Made by a program: the position numbers and the translations under genes. The notes under the pieces are model-generated. The model was given only the letters and a program-made list of their open reading frames with translations, was not told where the DNA came from and did no database searches. From contig CAWJJC010000017.1 in NCBI GenBank assembly GCA_963843145.1, forward strand, positions 96,001-160,000: a stretch of 64,000 nucleotides of DNA. The letters run 5' to 3'. The DNA is from an uncultured delta proteobacterium (GTDB taxonomy: Bacteria; Desulfobacterota; RBG-13-43-22). This document shows, one piece after another, positions 18,491-28,871 of this stretch (position 1 is the first letter of the stretch; every line of letters starts with the position of its first letter).

Positions 18491-21256
18491 CTATTCACCC
18501 GGTTCAGGTTTTCCACGCCTCCGGGCCTTCCAACCCCAAACGAGCAGGGCGGAAAGAGTGACCAAGGTGACGGCCAAGCCCAGGTAGAAAGGATAGAAAC
18601 GGAAAATAAATTCAACCCGGTGCTCCCCCTTGGGTACATAAAGGCCCCGGAGGCCGTAATTGACTTTCAGGACGGGGGCGGGATGGGTATCGATCTCGGC
18701 CTTCCAAAAGGGGGAATAGGTATCGCTGAGGACCAGGAATTTATTTTGGTCCGACCTGGTTATGACTTTTATATAACGAGGAGAATACTGAAGCAGCGAG
18801 GCCTCCCGGGTGGAAAAGGAGGACTCCGGGGGCTCCCGGTAGCCCGGGGGGAACTGAGTTATCAGGAGGGTCTTCCGGGGGTCTAGATTTTCCAGGTGTT
18901 CCAGCAACTCGAGCTCATCTGAAATGGCTCTCGCCTTGCCGATCATAAAGGCGCGGGGGAGATAGGCGCGGTTGTAATACACCCCTGGTCCCTGCGGTTG
19001 AAAACGACGGAAGAGCAGGGTCTGGAGGTCCTGATGATTGATCAGGAGTTTTCCAATCACTAAGCCCTCCAGGCCGGAAACAGCCTGCAGTGATATCTTG
19101 GCGGTTTCAACGGAGGGTTTTAACTGGGCGGCAAATTCGTAGGCATGTCCCTGGTATCCTTCTCCGGGAATATCCCAAGAATCGACCACCCGGGCTTTCT
19201 GGTGGGCACCGTTCAAGCCCGGGCGGTCAATAGCCCATTCGGCGGTTTCGAGGCCGGCCCGCACCGGGATCCGGAGGGAGGAACCGTCCGGCTTATCCAG
19301 AATAATCCAAGCCACGGTCCGGCCCTGGGGCACGGCGGAGGAATGGGTTAAAAAGGATTGAACCGTTAGTTGCGAAACGGAGGTCGGCTGGGGCAGGTCA
19401 AACTCCCGATCACCGAACTTTCCTCCGATTTTAATGATTATCGCTTCTGGTGGAGGGTGCGGAGAGGCACCAATAAAATATTTGACATTCAACAAATCCA
19501 AGAGCAGGGGGTTTTGATCAACTCGTTTAAAAACCTCCAGATATTCCCTGGGGATGACTGTGTGAACATATCCCAGGAGGTCGGACAGGTCGTAGGGGCA
19601 GATGCCATTCTGATAGCAGATGAGGGAGGACAACCAATCATCCGTATTGTCTATCCGGTACGGGGAATGATCCTGCCTGAGTTGGGCGACGATAGTTTTT
19701 GCCAGGGGCACTTCCGACCGACTGGGATCCTTCCCTGAATAACCGCCCTCCACCCAGGCCAGCAGCAGTAAATCCACGCTGACCAGCAAGATCAGGACCC
19801 CTTTGATCCCGGTAAGGGAATGGGACCGATTTCTGAACCATACCAGGGAATAGAAAGCCGCCCAAAAAAATAAAAACCAAAGAAAATCTTTTTTGAGTAT
19901 CTTCCACCATCCCCAAAAATCCCGCCCGGCTTCCTGGCCGGGCAGGGCAAATCCCACCAGGACCAGACTGGTTACGCCCCCCGCAAGGGCCAGCCAGAGC
20001 AGCCCGTAAAGTGACCTGAACCGCGTCGGCTGTGAGCTAGGGTCGTCGGGTTCGTCCAAGAAACGTTGCGTACCAAATCCAGCCAATACAGCCAGGGGAA
20101 AGGTAGTAAGGATGATAAATTTAGCCGGGATCCGAAATTGATTGAGCCCGGGCAGGTAATCGTAAAGGAGCTTATAAAGGGGAGTGGCGTTGCCTAAGGC
20201 GGCGATAAAAGAAAAAAAGGCTAACAGGCCCAGAAAAGTAATCCGCTTATCCTTGGATTGAATAAGCGCCCAAAGGGCCAGGAGTAAAGGGATCAGACCG
20301 ACATAGCCGAATTCCTCATCGACGGCCTCGGCGGTCCAAATCGTGTAGCCCGGGATCAAGAAATGCACCAGGTTCAAAATATGAAAGGGGAAAAGGGTAT
20401 TCCATTCATAAGAACGGGTCCCATGATAGGTGGCCAGACTGGTGGATAATAAGGGCCACAACTGTATGGCTGAAAATCCCAGGCAGAATATACCCAGGAC
20501 CCCGAAATAGCCGGCCTCCCGGGCCAGGTCTTTCCAGGCCCGCACCCACAACCTTAGGAAAAGGGTAAAGAGAAAATAGGCGGCCAGATACAACAGCAGA
20601 AAATAAAAAATATTGGGATGACCGGCGAGAAAGGAGAAGGATAGGAAAAGGCCGGCCAGGGCCGCCCAAAGGGCTCGTCTTTGAAGAAGGGCCTTGTCTA
20701 AGAAGTAGAGGACCAACGGGAACCAGGTCACCGTTTCAACGATATTTCTTATACTGGCCCGGCCTACCAGGAAACCTCCGGAAATAAAACAGAGGGAGCC
20801 GACCAGGGATGCTACCCGAGACAAGCCTAACTGTCGGATATAGAGATAGGCAAAGACCCCGCCCAGCCAGAAATGCAAGGCGTGGATCCAGGAAAGCAGA
20901 TAAGGGTTAAAAAAATGGGGGGTTAAAATCCCGGTCAACAGATCCAGCGGATAAAAGACCCCAAAGTCCTCGGCCAGGTACGGCATCCCGGTCCCGATAA
21001 AGGCATCCCAAAGGACCAGGATCCCCTGGCGCAGGTGTTGATAAAAAAAGGCCCGCTGGGGAGCGAGCTCGACAAAGTCCCCGGCCCAATAAAGTGTTTC
21101 TCCCGGAAGGAGAAAGGCCCGGAATTTAAAAAGAACAAAGACCGCCAGGAAACACAGTACCCAGACATCATTTCGGTAGGCGGAGGATCTGTTTTTCGGC
21201 GATGAATTTACCCCTCCCGTGGTCTGGATCTTGTCGCTCCCTGATTTATATTTCAA
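18491..21256 (-). CDS. YfhO-family GT-C membrane glycosyltransferase
   Basis: 921 aa, many TM helices, LWD...G.P, AGHP, FRIPAK, C-terminal YSPFWKAEID...GEHRVEF plus a TM helix. Confidence 0.85.
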   Translation of the reverse strand: MKYKSGSDKIQTTGGVNSSPKNRSSAYRNDVWVLCFLAVFVLFKFRAFLLPGETLYWAGDFVELAPQRAFFYQHLRQGILVLWDAFIGTGMPYLAEDFGVFYPLDLLTGILTPHFFNPYLLSWIHALHFWLGGVFAYLYIRQLGLSRVASLVGSLCFISGGFLVGRASIRNIVETVTWFPLVLYFLDKALLQRRALWAALAGLFLSFSFLAGHPNIFYFLLLYLAAYFLFTLFLRLWVRAWKDLAREAGYFGVLGIFCLGFSAIQLWPLLSTSLATYHGTRSYEWNTLFPFHILNLVHFLIPGYTIWTAEAVDEEFGYVGLIPLLLALWALIQSKDKRITFLGLLAFFSFIAALGNATPLYKLLYDYLPGLNQFRIPAKFIILTTFPLAVLAGFGTQRFLDEPDDPSSQPTRFRSLYGLLWLALAGGVTSLVLVGFALPGQEAGRDFWGWWKILKKDFLWFLFFWAAFYSLVWFRNRSHSLTGIKGVLILLVSVDLLLLAWVEGGYSGKDPSRSEVPLAKTIVAQLRQDHSPYRIDNTDDWLSSLICYQNGICPYDLSDLLGYVHTVIPREYLEVFKRVDQNPLLLDLLNVKYFIGASPHPPPEAIIIKIGGKFGDREFDLPQPTSVSQLTVQSFLTHSSAVPQGRTVAWIILDKPDGSSLRIPVRAGLETAEWAIDRPGLNGAHQKARVVDSWDIPGEGYQGHAYEFAAQLKPSVETAKISLQAVSGLEGLVIGKLLINHQDLQTLLFRRFQPQGPGVYYNRAYLPRAFMIGKARAISDELELLEHLENLDPRKTLLITQFPPGYREPPESSFSTREASLLQYSPRYIKVITRSDQNKFLVLSDTYSPFWKAEIDTHPAPVLKVNYGLRGLYVPKGEHRVEFIFRFYPFYLGLAVTLVTLSALLVWGWKARRRGKPEPGE

Positions 21257-21268
21257 CTTTTTAGGCCT

Positions 21269-21985
21269 CTAAAGCTGAAATCCGGCCTTGACGGCATCGT
21301 TCCGAAACATCTTTACGGTTTCCAGTGAATATTCGGTTAGATCTTTCCCGGTTAAATTTAATTTCTTAAGTATATCTACCGTACTGGTAATAATGTGGCA
21401 GCCGATCGAGTTAGCCTGGAAGACATTGAGGAGCTCGCGAGGGCTGGCCCAAATCAATTCTTGCTGGGGATGAGGGCGCAAAATTTCAACCGCGGCGGCC
21501 ATCAGGGGCAGGGGATCACGCCCGGTATCGGCAATTCTCCCGGCGAAAACGGAAATGAACGAAGGGGCCCCACCGGCCAAGGCCCGGCTGACGTCGATCA
21601 CCTGGGACAAGGTCAAAAGGGCCGTTACATTCAGCTTGACCCCCTGAGTAGATAATTCCGTGATGAGGGGTACGGAGGATTGACCAAGCGTGTTGGTGAC
21701 TGGTATCTTGACATAGACATTCTCACCCCAACCGCGTATGAGCAGCGCCTGGCGTTTCATTTCCTCGAACTCGTCTGAAAATACCTCGAAGGAGATCGGC
21801 CGGTCCGGGATACTCCTCAGGATGTCCAAGGCGAAGGCCGGGTAATCACTGATCCCGGCTTTACGCATCAGAGTCGGATTGGTAGTAAAACCCTGGATGA
21901 GGGGGTTGCGGTACATTTCGATCATCTCGGATTTAACCGCTCCGTCAGCGAAGATCTTGACTGTTAGTTCGGAAAAGCTGCTCAT
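21269..21985 (-). CDS. Transaldolase (small, cluster-dedicated)
   Basis: IFADGA, GFTTNPTL, VKIP Schiff-base Lys, NVT, GRI.D, WAS.R. Confidence 0.9.
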   Translation of the reverse strand: MSSFSELTVKIFADGAVKSEMIEMYRNPLIQGFTTNPTLMRKAGISDYPAFALDILRSIPDRPISFEVFSDEFEEMKRQALLIRGWGENVYVKIPVTNTLGQSSVPLITELSTQGVKLNVTALLTLSQVIDVSRALAGGAPSFISVFAGRIADTGRDPLPLMAAAVEILRPHPQQELIWASPRELLNVFQANSIGCHIITSTVDILKKLNLTGKDLTEYSLETVKMFRNDAVKAGFQL

Positions 21986-22524
21986 AGGTTTGTCTCCTCA
22001 CATTGATTTAGAATGATCGACAGCGCTTCCGTCAAGGTATTGACTCTATAATTCGGTTGATCGGGCTGTTTTTCATTGTATTCGTAATTAACAAAGATCG
22101 TCCGGCAGCCGGCCCGCCGTCCGGCTTCAATATCCTTCCAGCGGTCACCGATCAGGAAGCTGGCCGCCAGGTCAATATGGTAGCGCTGAGCGCCTTGAAG
22201 GATCAGGCCCGGTTCCGGTTTGCGGCACCGGCAATGATCCTCCGTGTCGTGGTAACAGGTGAGGATATCATCCAAAGGCAGCTCCCGGAGGAGAAAGCGA
22301 TGTATCGCTTCAACCCCTTCTCGGGTCTGCACCCCTCGAGCCACGTCAGGTTGATTAGTGACCACGACCAACAGGTAGCCGGCTTCCTTGAGTGTCGGTA
22401 ACACCGACCGGACTTCATCCGGTATAACCAATTCGCTCAGGTTGGAAGGGGGGTACGGTTTGGCCTCTCTGACAATAGCCTGATTGATGACGCCATCCCG
22501 ATCCAGAAAAACGGCTTTAGGCAT
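21982..22524 (-). CDS. gmhB: Heptose-bisphosphate phosphatase (HAD-IIIA, GmhB-like)
   Basis: FLDRDGVIN, VTNQ, C.H...C.CRKP.PG, IGDR..D. Confidence 0.85.
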   Translation of the reverse strand: MPKAVFLDRDGVINQAIVREAKPYPPSNLSELVIPDEVRSVLPTLKEAGYLLVVVTNQPDVARGVQTREGVEAIHRFLLRELPLDDILTCYHDTEDHCRCRKPEPGLILQGAQRYHIDLAASFLIGDRWKDIEAGRRAGCRTIFVNYEYNEKQPDQPNYRVNTLTEALSIILNQCEETNL

Positions 22525-22558
22525 ACGGATTATTTTTCAATGAAACCCATTAAACCTA

Positions 22559-23167
22559 CTAGATTTTGTCGGACGTTTCACTTTCCCATTTGGTTTGAGC
22601 CGCCTTAAGCCGGGGATGGGAAACCAGAAGGTGCCAGAGTACCGCTTGAAAGGCCTCGGTATGGGGAGTGCTATGATTGGAGTTGACGGTTGGGATAATA
22701 ACACAGGCATCCGCCGTCCGGGCGGTGAATCCGCCGTCCCTGCCCACCACCCCACAAATTCTTGCCCCCACGGCTTGGGCGTACTGTAGAGCGGAAATCA
22801 GGTTGGGGCTGATATTTCTCTCCGCGTCTCCCCCGCCGACGGAGAAAACCAGAATCAAGTCCTGTTTCCTTAACCGGCTGGTCCGCAGCCATTCCACAAA
22901 AACACTCGACCATCCGTCGTCGTTGGTCCTGGCCGTCAGTTCGGAAACGTTATCCGTCGGGGCGTAGGCTTCCATTCCGGTAATTTTCCGGAAATCATTG
23001 ACGGCATGGGAGGCATTGGCGGCGCTTCCACCCACTCCCAGGATAAATAGACGCCCATCCTGGTCCCGGGTGTCGACCATCAGTCGAACTACCTTTTCGA
23101 TCGAATCCGGATCCAGTTGTTCTACAACCTTTTTAGCCTCAGCCAGATATTCCGCTACGAACCCCAT
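22559..23167 (-). CDS. SIS-domain phosphosugar isomerase (GmhA-like)
   Basis: GVGGSAANASH, TARTND.G, P..EA.Q; diverged from the canonical GmhA GNGGS motif. Confidence 0.85.
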   Translation of the reverse strand: MGFVAEYLAEAKKVVEQLDPDSIEKVVRLMVDTRDQDGRLFILGVGGSAANASHAVNDFRKITGMEAYAPTDNVSELTARTNDDGWSSVFVEWLRTSRLRKQDLILVFSVGGGDAERNISPNLISALQYAQAVGARICGVVGRDGGFTARTADACVIIPTVNSNHSTPHTEAFQAVLWHLLVSHPRLKAAQTKWESETSDKI

Positions 23168-23169
23168 GG

Positions 23170-23889
23170 TTAGCCATTCCCCTTCCTTAATTTTTGCTCA
23201 GCGACGAATCGCTTCAGGTCCTCCAATCCCTGCCAGGAACCGATTTCGTAAAACCTCTGCCCCACCTCGAAGGCGCCTAGTTCCCCCTCTTTCAGGAGGG
23301 ATTGGTACAAGTCGGCGAGGTCCGAGGGTTGCCCCGCCGGAAGTCGGTCAAAGGCCTTTCCCTGGAAAGCCCCCAGTCCGTAATCGATATGTTCCATGGC
23401 CGGGGTTCGGGTTTGTTTATCATAAGCGATAATTTTTCCCTTCCGGAACTCAACATTACTTCTGTCCCAGAGGCCCTGGTTGTGCAAAACAGTCATCAAG
23501 GCCAGCTTTTCGCTGTCAATGAAGGCCTGGTGGACGGCTCGAAAGTCGCAAGGAAGATAGGAATCCCCGTAGAGAACAAAGAAAGTCTGACCCAAGAGGG
23601 GCAAGGCCATTTTGACGGCCCCCCCCGTCCCCAGAAGCGGCCCCCGTTCAAAGGAATAATCCGCCTGCAGTCCGAACTGATTCCCGTTACGCACATAGTC
23701 TTTGATCAGCTCACCCAGATACCCGGCACAGATCACTACCTGCTGAACCCCCTGGGATTGTAACAAGCGCAATTGATGCGCGATAAAGGGTTCCCCCTCG
23801 ATAGGGATCAGGGCCTTGGGGATCTTTTCCGTCATAGGCCGGAGCCGGGTAGCCAACCCCCCGGCCAGAATGGCAACCGGAAGCAGCAT
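23170..23889 (-). CDS. Sugar-1-phosphate nucleotidyltransferase (HddC-like)
   Basis: ILAGGLATRLRP...PK, LGTGGA, YGD. Confidence 0.88.
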   Translation of the reverse strand: MLLPVAILAGGLATRLRPMTEKIPKALIPIEGEPFIAHQLRLLQSQGVQQVVICAGYLGELIKDYVRNGNQFGLQADYSFERGPLLGTGGAVKMALPLLGQTFFVLYGDSYLPCDFRAVHQAFIDSEKLALMTVLHNQGLWDRSNVEFRKGKIIAYDKQTRTPAMEHIDYGLGAFQGKAFDRLPAGQPSDLADLYQSLLKEGELGAFEVGQRFYEIGSWQGLEDLKRFVAEQKLRKGNG

Positions 23890-24866
23890 TAGAGCAGGAT
23901 CTTGGTCCCTTCGAAATCGAACCGGAAGCGGACCTCTTCCAGGCCGGCCTTGGCCAAGGCCTGTCGCAACTTTCTTCGTTCCCGGGTATAGAATAAAAGA
24001 AACCCGCCGCCCCCGGCCCCGACCAGCTTTCCCCCCAGGGCTCCCTGAGCCCGGGCCAGGTCATACCACTCGTTTATCTGGGGATTGCTCATGCCACCCG
24101 AACGCTTCTTTTTATGCTCCCAGTGCTCATGGAGAATCTCTCCGAATTCATCCGTCTTGCCTTGTTCCAAGACCTTTTGGCTGCGAAAACCCAACTCTTT
24201 GACATAGTGCAGGTTGTTCAGCATCTCTTGATCCGATTCCTGGGTTCGGGTGTTCTGGTCCTGGAGGATGGCCCCGGCGCTGCGGGAAAACCCGGTAAAG
24301 AACAGCAATAAATTGTCCTCCAGGTCAAATAGTGTTTCCATGCCGATTTGAAGGGGAACGGCCTCTACCCGGTCATCGGAATGATAGCGAAAGGCCGTAA
24401 TCCCTCCGAAAGCCGCGATATACTGATCCTGTTTACCGATCGGTTCCCCCAGTTTATTAATTTCAATGTCGCAGGCCAACTCTGCCAGCTCACCGGGATG
24501 AATAAGTCGACGGCGATGGGCATAGAGGGCCTTGAGCAGGGCGGTGGTAAAACTTCCGGAAGATCCCAAGCCGGTTCCCGCCGGGATGTCGGCCAGGGTG
24601 GTAATTTCAATCTGCGGCGTATTCAGTTTCATCATCCGCAGGGCCTCCCGGATAATGGGATGATGGACCTCGTCCACTTGGTCCACCTGCTCCAGCTTGG
24701 AATATTTAAGGAAAATTCCGGGCGTAAAGGGACGCAAGACGGTGACATAGACATAGCGGTCAATAGCGGCGGCCATCAAAAAACCGCCGTACTGGCGATA
24801 ATAGGAAGGCAGGTCGGTCCCCCCCCCACCGAGGGTAATGCGCAAGGGACTACGCGTGATAATCAT
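23889..24866 (-). CDS. GHMP sugar-phosphate kinase (HddA-like)
   Basis: PLRITLGGGGTD, GTGLGSS, GKQDQY, GAGGGG. Confidence 0.9.
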   Translation of the reverse strand: MIITRSPLRITLGGGGTDLPSYYRQYGGFLMAAAIDRYVYVTVLRPFTPGIFLKYSKLEQVDQVDEVHHPIIREALRMMKLNTPQIEITTLADIPAGTGLGSSGSFTTALLKALYAHRRRLIHPGELAELACDIEINKLGEPIGKQDQYIAAFGGITAFRYHSDDRVEAVPLQIGMETLFDLEDNLLLFFTGFSRSAGAILQDQNTRTQESDQEMLNNLHYVKELGFRSQKVLEQGKTDEFGEILHEHWEHKKKRSGGMSNPQINEWYDLARAQGALGGKLVGAGGGGFLLFYTRERRKLRQALAKAGLEEVRFRFDFEGTKILL

Positions 24867-25869
24867 AGCCGGACTCGGAGTAAATTTTTTTCACGATGGC
24901 CAGGGCCGCCAGGGCCTCCTGCAGGCCGGCCGCCGGCGTTCGATTCAGTCGGATGTCGTCCAAAAATTCTTCAAACTCCAAACGCCAGGAATGATCACCG
25001 CGGGGGTATTCCCAGATGGTCGTTTCCGGCGGTCCCATCTCGGGAAGCATCCGGTAATAGGCCAGTCGCTCCACCCCGTAGCTTCCCCCCAAACCCTCGA
25101 TCTGGACTTTGGCGTTTTTTCCGTACATTTCAAAGGAAAACATATTCTTCCATTCGGTACAACTGACATGCAGAAAGGCGATTTGCCGGCGGGGAGTTTT
25201 CAGCAGCATAAACCCGTTGTCCTCCACCGGCATCTGCCAGTAATACGTATGGGCAAAACCGGATACTTCCTCAAAATCACCTAAAAACCAGCGGGCCAGA
25301 TCGATCAGATGAACCCCCTGGTCTATCAACTCTCCCCCGCCGGACCGGGCCGGATCGGCGCGCCATTCCTGATCATACCCCGGGCGCCCGCCATGCCCGT
25401 ATCGTCCCCGGACGAACATCATCTCTCCCAACACCCCGGCCTCAAACAGCTCCCGGGCTTTTTGCAGGGCGGGGTGGTAACGATGATTAAAACCGACTCG
25501 AACCTGCACCCCGGTCCGGCGGGCGGCTTTTTCCAGGGCTTCCAATTCTCCCATGGTCCGGGCCGCCGGTTTTTCTACCAGAACATGTTTGCCCGCCAGA
25601 ACAGCGGTTTGGGTGACCGGGGCCAAGGCGTCATTGGTGGTCGCCACGATGACGATATTGACATCTTTCAGCGCGACGGCTTCCTGCCAGTCGGGAACGG
25701 CTCTTGCTCCGGGAAAAATCCGGGCCAACCCCTCGGCTCTATCCGAAATCAAGTCGGAGCAGGCCAGCAACCGGGCCCCGGTTAAGGCCGCGGCCCGCTT
25801 TTGTCCAATCGACCCGCAACCGATGATCGCCACTCCTAAGGGGGGTTGGGGATCCATCATTCTTCCCAT
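24850..25869 (-). CDS. Gfo/Idh/MocA family oxidoreductase
   Basis: IIGCGSIG, HVLVEKP, GFNHR, GGG.LID.GVH. Confidence 0.9.
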   Translation of the reverse strand: MGRMMDPQPPLGVAIIGCGSIGQKRAAALTGARLLACSDLISDRAEGLARIFPGARAVPDWQEAVALKDVNIVIVATTNDALAPVTQTAVLAGKHVLVEKPAARTMGELEALEKAARRTGVQVRVGFNHRYHPALQKARELFEAGVLGEMMFVRGRYGHGGRPGYDQEWRADPARSGGGELIDQGVHLIDLARWFLGDFEEVSGFAHTYYWQMPVEDNGFMLLKTPRRQIAFLHVSCTEWKNMFSFEMYGKNAKVQIEGLGGSYGVERLAYYRMLPEMGPPETTIWEYPRGDHSWRLEFEEFLDDIRLNRTPAAGLQEALAALAIVKKIYSESGYDYHA

Positions 25870-26720
25870 CCCAGCCCACGGTCCTGGGGCAGGATCCGGC
25901 GTAAGGTATAAAGATCCGTTCCTTGCAATTCGGCTAAATGGCCCGGCAGTGCCTCCCAGGGATCCCAGACCGCGCTAATCAGTTTCCCGGTAATTCCATC
26001 GCCGGCCGGGGAAGCTAAAAACAGACAGAGGGCCACGGCCCGTTCCCGATGGTCCTCCTTGCTCTGGAGAACCCTTTGGGCTTGTTCATATTCCCTGAAC
26101 CCGGCCAAATCCGGACCGGCCTCCAGAATGGCGGTTATTAAGGAGGTGCCCATCGCCCCGGGCGCCACACAGGTGATATCAATACCCAACGACCTGTTTT
26201 CCTCGGCCAGGATTTCGCTGAATCGCACCAAAGCAGTCTTAGCGGTGGCATAGGCCGAAAAATGGGGGCGGGGACCGGCACCCCCTCCTCCGGAAAGATT
26301 GATAATTTTCCCCCGCCCGCGGCTGGCCATCCTGGGAATAAACAGACGGCAAAGGAGAGCCGGGGCCAGCAGATCGATCTGCAGGGTTTCCTTCCAGGCC
26401 GCCCAATCATTTTCCCCCAAAGGCCCGATAGGTCCTTGAACCGCCGCGTTGTTAATGAGGACATCCAGCCCTTCAAAGTGCTTGGTTGTTTCCGCTAAAA
26501 TTTGAATGGGAGATTCCGGATCTTTCAGATCAACGCTTAGGGTAAGGATTTTTTGATTCGGTCGAAGGGGGAAAGTCGCTACCAGGCCTTGCATTTTTTC
26601 GGCCGATCGGGCAACCAGGATCAGATGGGCCCCCTCCATCCAGAAGGCCTTGGCCAAGCCGGCCCCCAAACCTTGAGACGCCCCGGTGATTAAGACCGTC
26701 TGTCCTTCGAAACGATTCAT
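25857..26720 (-). CDS. SDR family oxidoreductase
   Basis: TGASQGLG, NNAA, YATAK; ATG at 26720 overlaps the upstream stop. Confidence 0.9.
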   Translation of the reverse strand: MNRFEGQTVLITGASQGLGAGLAKAFWMEGAHLILVARSAEKMQGLVATFPLRPNQKILTLSVDLKDPESPIQILAETTKHFEGLDVLINNAAVQGPIGPLGENDWAAWKETLQIDLLAPALLCRLFIPRMASRGRGKIINLSGGGGAGPRPHFSAYATAKTALVRFSEILAEENRSLGIDITCVAPGAMGTSLITAILEAGPDLAGFREYEQAQRVLQSKEDHRERAVALCLFLASPAGDGITGKLISAVWDPWEALPGHLAELQGTDLYTLRRILPQDRGLGWEE

Positions 26721-27691
26721 GGCCGGGCCTCCAGAAGCCAGGGATTGGCTTGCAGATAGGCTAATGTCTTTTCGATCCCCTTGCGAATCGAGACCTGTGG
26801 GACCCAGCCCAGCGCCCGAATTTTGCTGCAATCAAGAAAAATTAAGGGGCTGTCACCTACCCAGCCGCGTGTCCCGCCGGTGTAGGACAACCGGGGTTTT
26901 AACCCCAGCTTTCCGGTGATCCAGGCAATCGAGTCGTTGACTTCACAATACTCGTTCGTGCCCAGGTTAAAAATATTGACCCGGTCGGATGATTTTTGGA
27001 TGGCCTGAAATATGGCGTCCAGGCAGTCTTGCACATAGAGGTAGGACTTGCGCTGGTGACCATCCCCCAAGACTTTCAAATGGTCGGGCTTGGACCGCAG
27101 CGATTGGTAAAAATCAAAAATGTGCCCGTGAGAGTATCGTTCGCCCAATATGGAGACAAACCGAAAAATAAAGCCTTGAAAGCCAAAGCCCTCGCAGTAG
27201 GCCTCGATCAGCCCTTCACCCGCCAGTTTGGAGGCGCCGTAAAGAGAGGTCTGGGTCGGAAAGGGGGCGTCTTCCGGCGTGGGAAAGATTTTCGGTTCCC
27301 CGTACACCGAACCGGTGGAGGAGAAGACGATCCGCTTTATTCCATTGACCCTCATCGCCTCCAGGACGTTGAAAGTGGCCAGCGTGTTTTGTTCGAGGTC
27401 TTTCCGGGGGTGCCGGGTGCCGAAACGGACATCCGCGTTGGCGGCCAGATGAAAGACCAGATCACATCCCGACATGGCCCGCGTCAAGGCCGGCAGATCC
27501 AAGACATCGTCTCGGAAGAGGGTAAAATTAGAATTTTGCCGGGCGGATTGCAGGTAAGGGTCAAGTCCGGTGGAAAAATTATCATAGCCAACCACCCGGA
27601 TCCCCCTTTGAAGCCAACGATCCACCAAATGACTTCCGATGAATCCGGCGGCCCCGGTTATAAATATCTTCTCAAAGCCTGGAATGTTCAT
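26717..27691 (-). CDS. NAD-dependent epimerase/dehydratase
   Basis: TGAAGFIGSH, HLAA, SSTGSVYG, YGASK; start at ATG 27691 (MNIPGFEK). Confidence 0.9.
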   Translation of the reverse strand: MNIPGFEKIFITGAAGFIGSHLVDRWLQRGIRVVGYDNFSTGLDPYLQSARQNSNFTLFRDDVLDLPALTRAMSGCDLVFHLAANADVRFGTRHPRKDLEQNTLATFNVLEAMRVNGIKRIVFSSTGSVYGEPKIFPTPEDAPFPTQTSLYGASKLAGEGLIEAYCEGFGFQGFIFRFVSILGERYSHGHIFDFYQSLRSKPDHLKVLGDGHQRKSYLYVQDCLDAIFQAIQKSSDRVNIFNLGTNEYCEVNDSIAWITGKLGLKPRLSYTGGTRGWVGDSPLIFLDCSKIRALGWVPQVSIRKGIEKTLAYLQANPWLLEARP

Positions 27692-28700
27692 GTTCAGGCA
27701 GGATTGGGTTAGCGGATTCCCAGGGTTTGGGCCCAGGCGGTTGATCAAAACCATAAGCCGACTCAACAATGTACATGGGCCGCTGTCGGACTTCATCATA
27801 AACCCGGCCCAGATATTGGCCAAGAATGCCCATACTTAAAAGCTGCATTCCGGCCAGGAAAGTGATCAGGATCACCAGGGTAGGATTCCCCCAGGGAATT
27901 TCCAGATGCATCAAGCGCAGAATCAAATACAACAACCCGGTCAAAAAGGATATCCCGGAAGTCATAAAGCCTAAAAAGGAAATGACGGTTAGAGGAAATC
28001 TGGAGAACCCGAACAGTCCATTCATCCCGATTAAAAAAGATCCGGTCCAGCGATTATAGTGGCCACTCCCGGCTAGCCGTTGGTCACGATCGTAGAGGAC
28101 AGCACTTTGTTTAAATCCGATCAAGGCCACCAAGCCGCGTAGGAAGCCATGAGATTCCTTTAATTTTAACAAATGAGTTACCGCCCGCCGACTTAACAGT
28201 CTGAAATCGCCAGTATTCCTGGGAATATGCACATTGGCAATCCGGTTGATCACCCAATAGCCCAAATAGGAAATAATTCTTTTGGGGAGGGTTTCCCCTT
28301 GGCGGGTCCTCCTTTGGGCATAGACGACCTCGGCCCCGTCGGTTTGCCATTTCTCGATGAGTTTAGGAATCAACTCCGGGGGATCCTGCAAATCGGCATC
28401 AATCACGACACACACCTCCCCGCCGGCGTGCCTTAATCCACCCAGGGTGGCCGCGGGTTGCCCAAATCGTCGGGAAAACCGAAGCAGTTTGATCCGCGGG
28501 TTACCGCCCCTCCAAGACAAAATGATGTTCTCCGTGCGGTCGGTTGATGGATCCAGGGCGAAGATGATCTCATAGTCGCACCCCGGGATGGATTGAAGCG
28601 CCGGGATTAACCTTTCCAGGAGAGGCGTTACGTTGTTTTCCTCGTTGTAGACGGGGACGATAACGGAACACTGAAAGTCTTTTCCTTGATCAATCGCCAT
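27672..28700 (-). CDS. GtrB-like GT2 bactoprenol glycosyltransferase
   Basis: VPVYNEE, SRRFG, DADLQDPPE, GDFRL, two C-terminal TM helices, RP.Y.V. Confidence 0.9.
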   Translation of the reverse strand: MAIDQGKDFQCSVIVPVYNEENNVTPLLERLIPALQSIPGCDYEIIFALDPSTDRTENIILSWRGGNPRIKLLRFSRRFGQPAATLGGLRHAGGEVCVVIDADLQDPPELIPKLIEKWQTDGAEVVYAQRRTRQGETLPKRIISYLGYWVINRIANVHIPRNTGDFRLLSRRAVTHLLKLKESHGFLRGLVALIGFKQSAVLYDRDQRLAGSGHYNRWTGSFLIGMNGLFGFSRFPLTVISFLGFMTSGISFLTGLLYLILRLMHLEIPWGNPTLVILITFLAGMQLLSMGILGQYLGRVYDEVRQRPMYIVESAYGFDQPPGPKPWESANPILPEHEHSRL

Positions 28701-28871
28701 GGTCCAAATCTTTCAACAGTGAGTTTGAAAGGTCGGCCGGAGTGCAGTTTCCTGGAAACCCCTTCTAACCCCCCCGCCAAACGGTTCCTAAGTCTTACTC
28801 TCGAATCCCCTTCTTTTCAAGGACTTTATGGATTAGACACCGGCCTTTTTCCTCCTCGAACCGGCATCCCC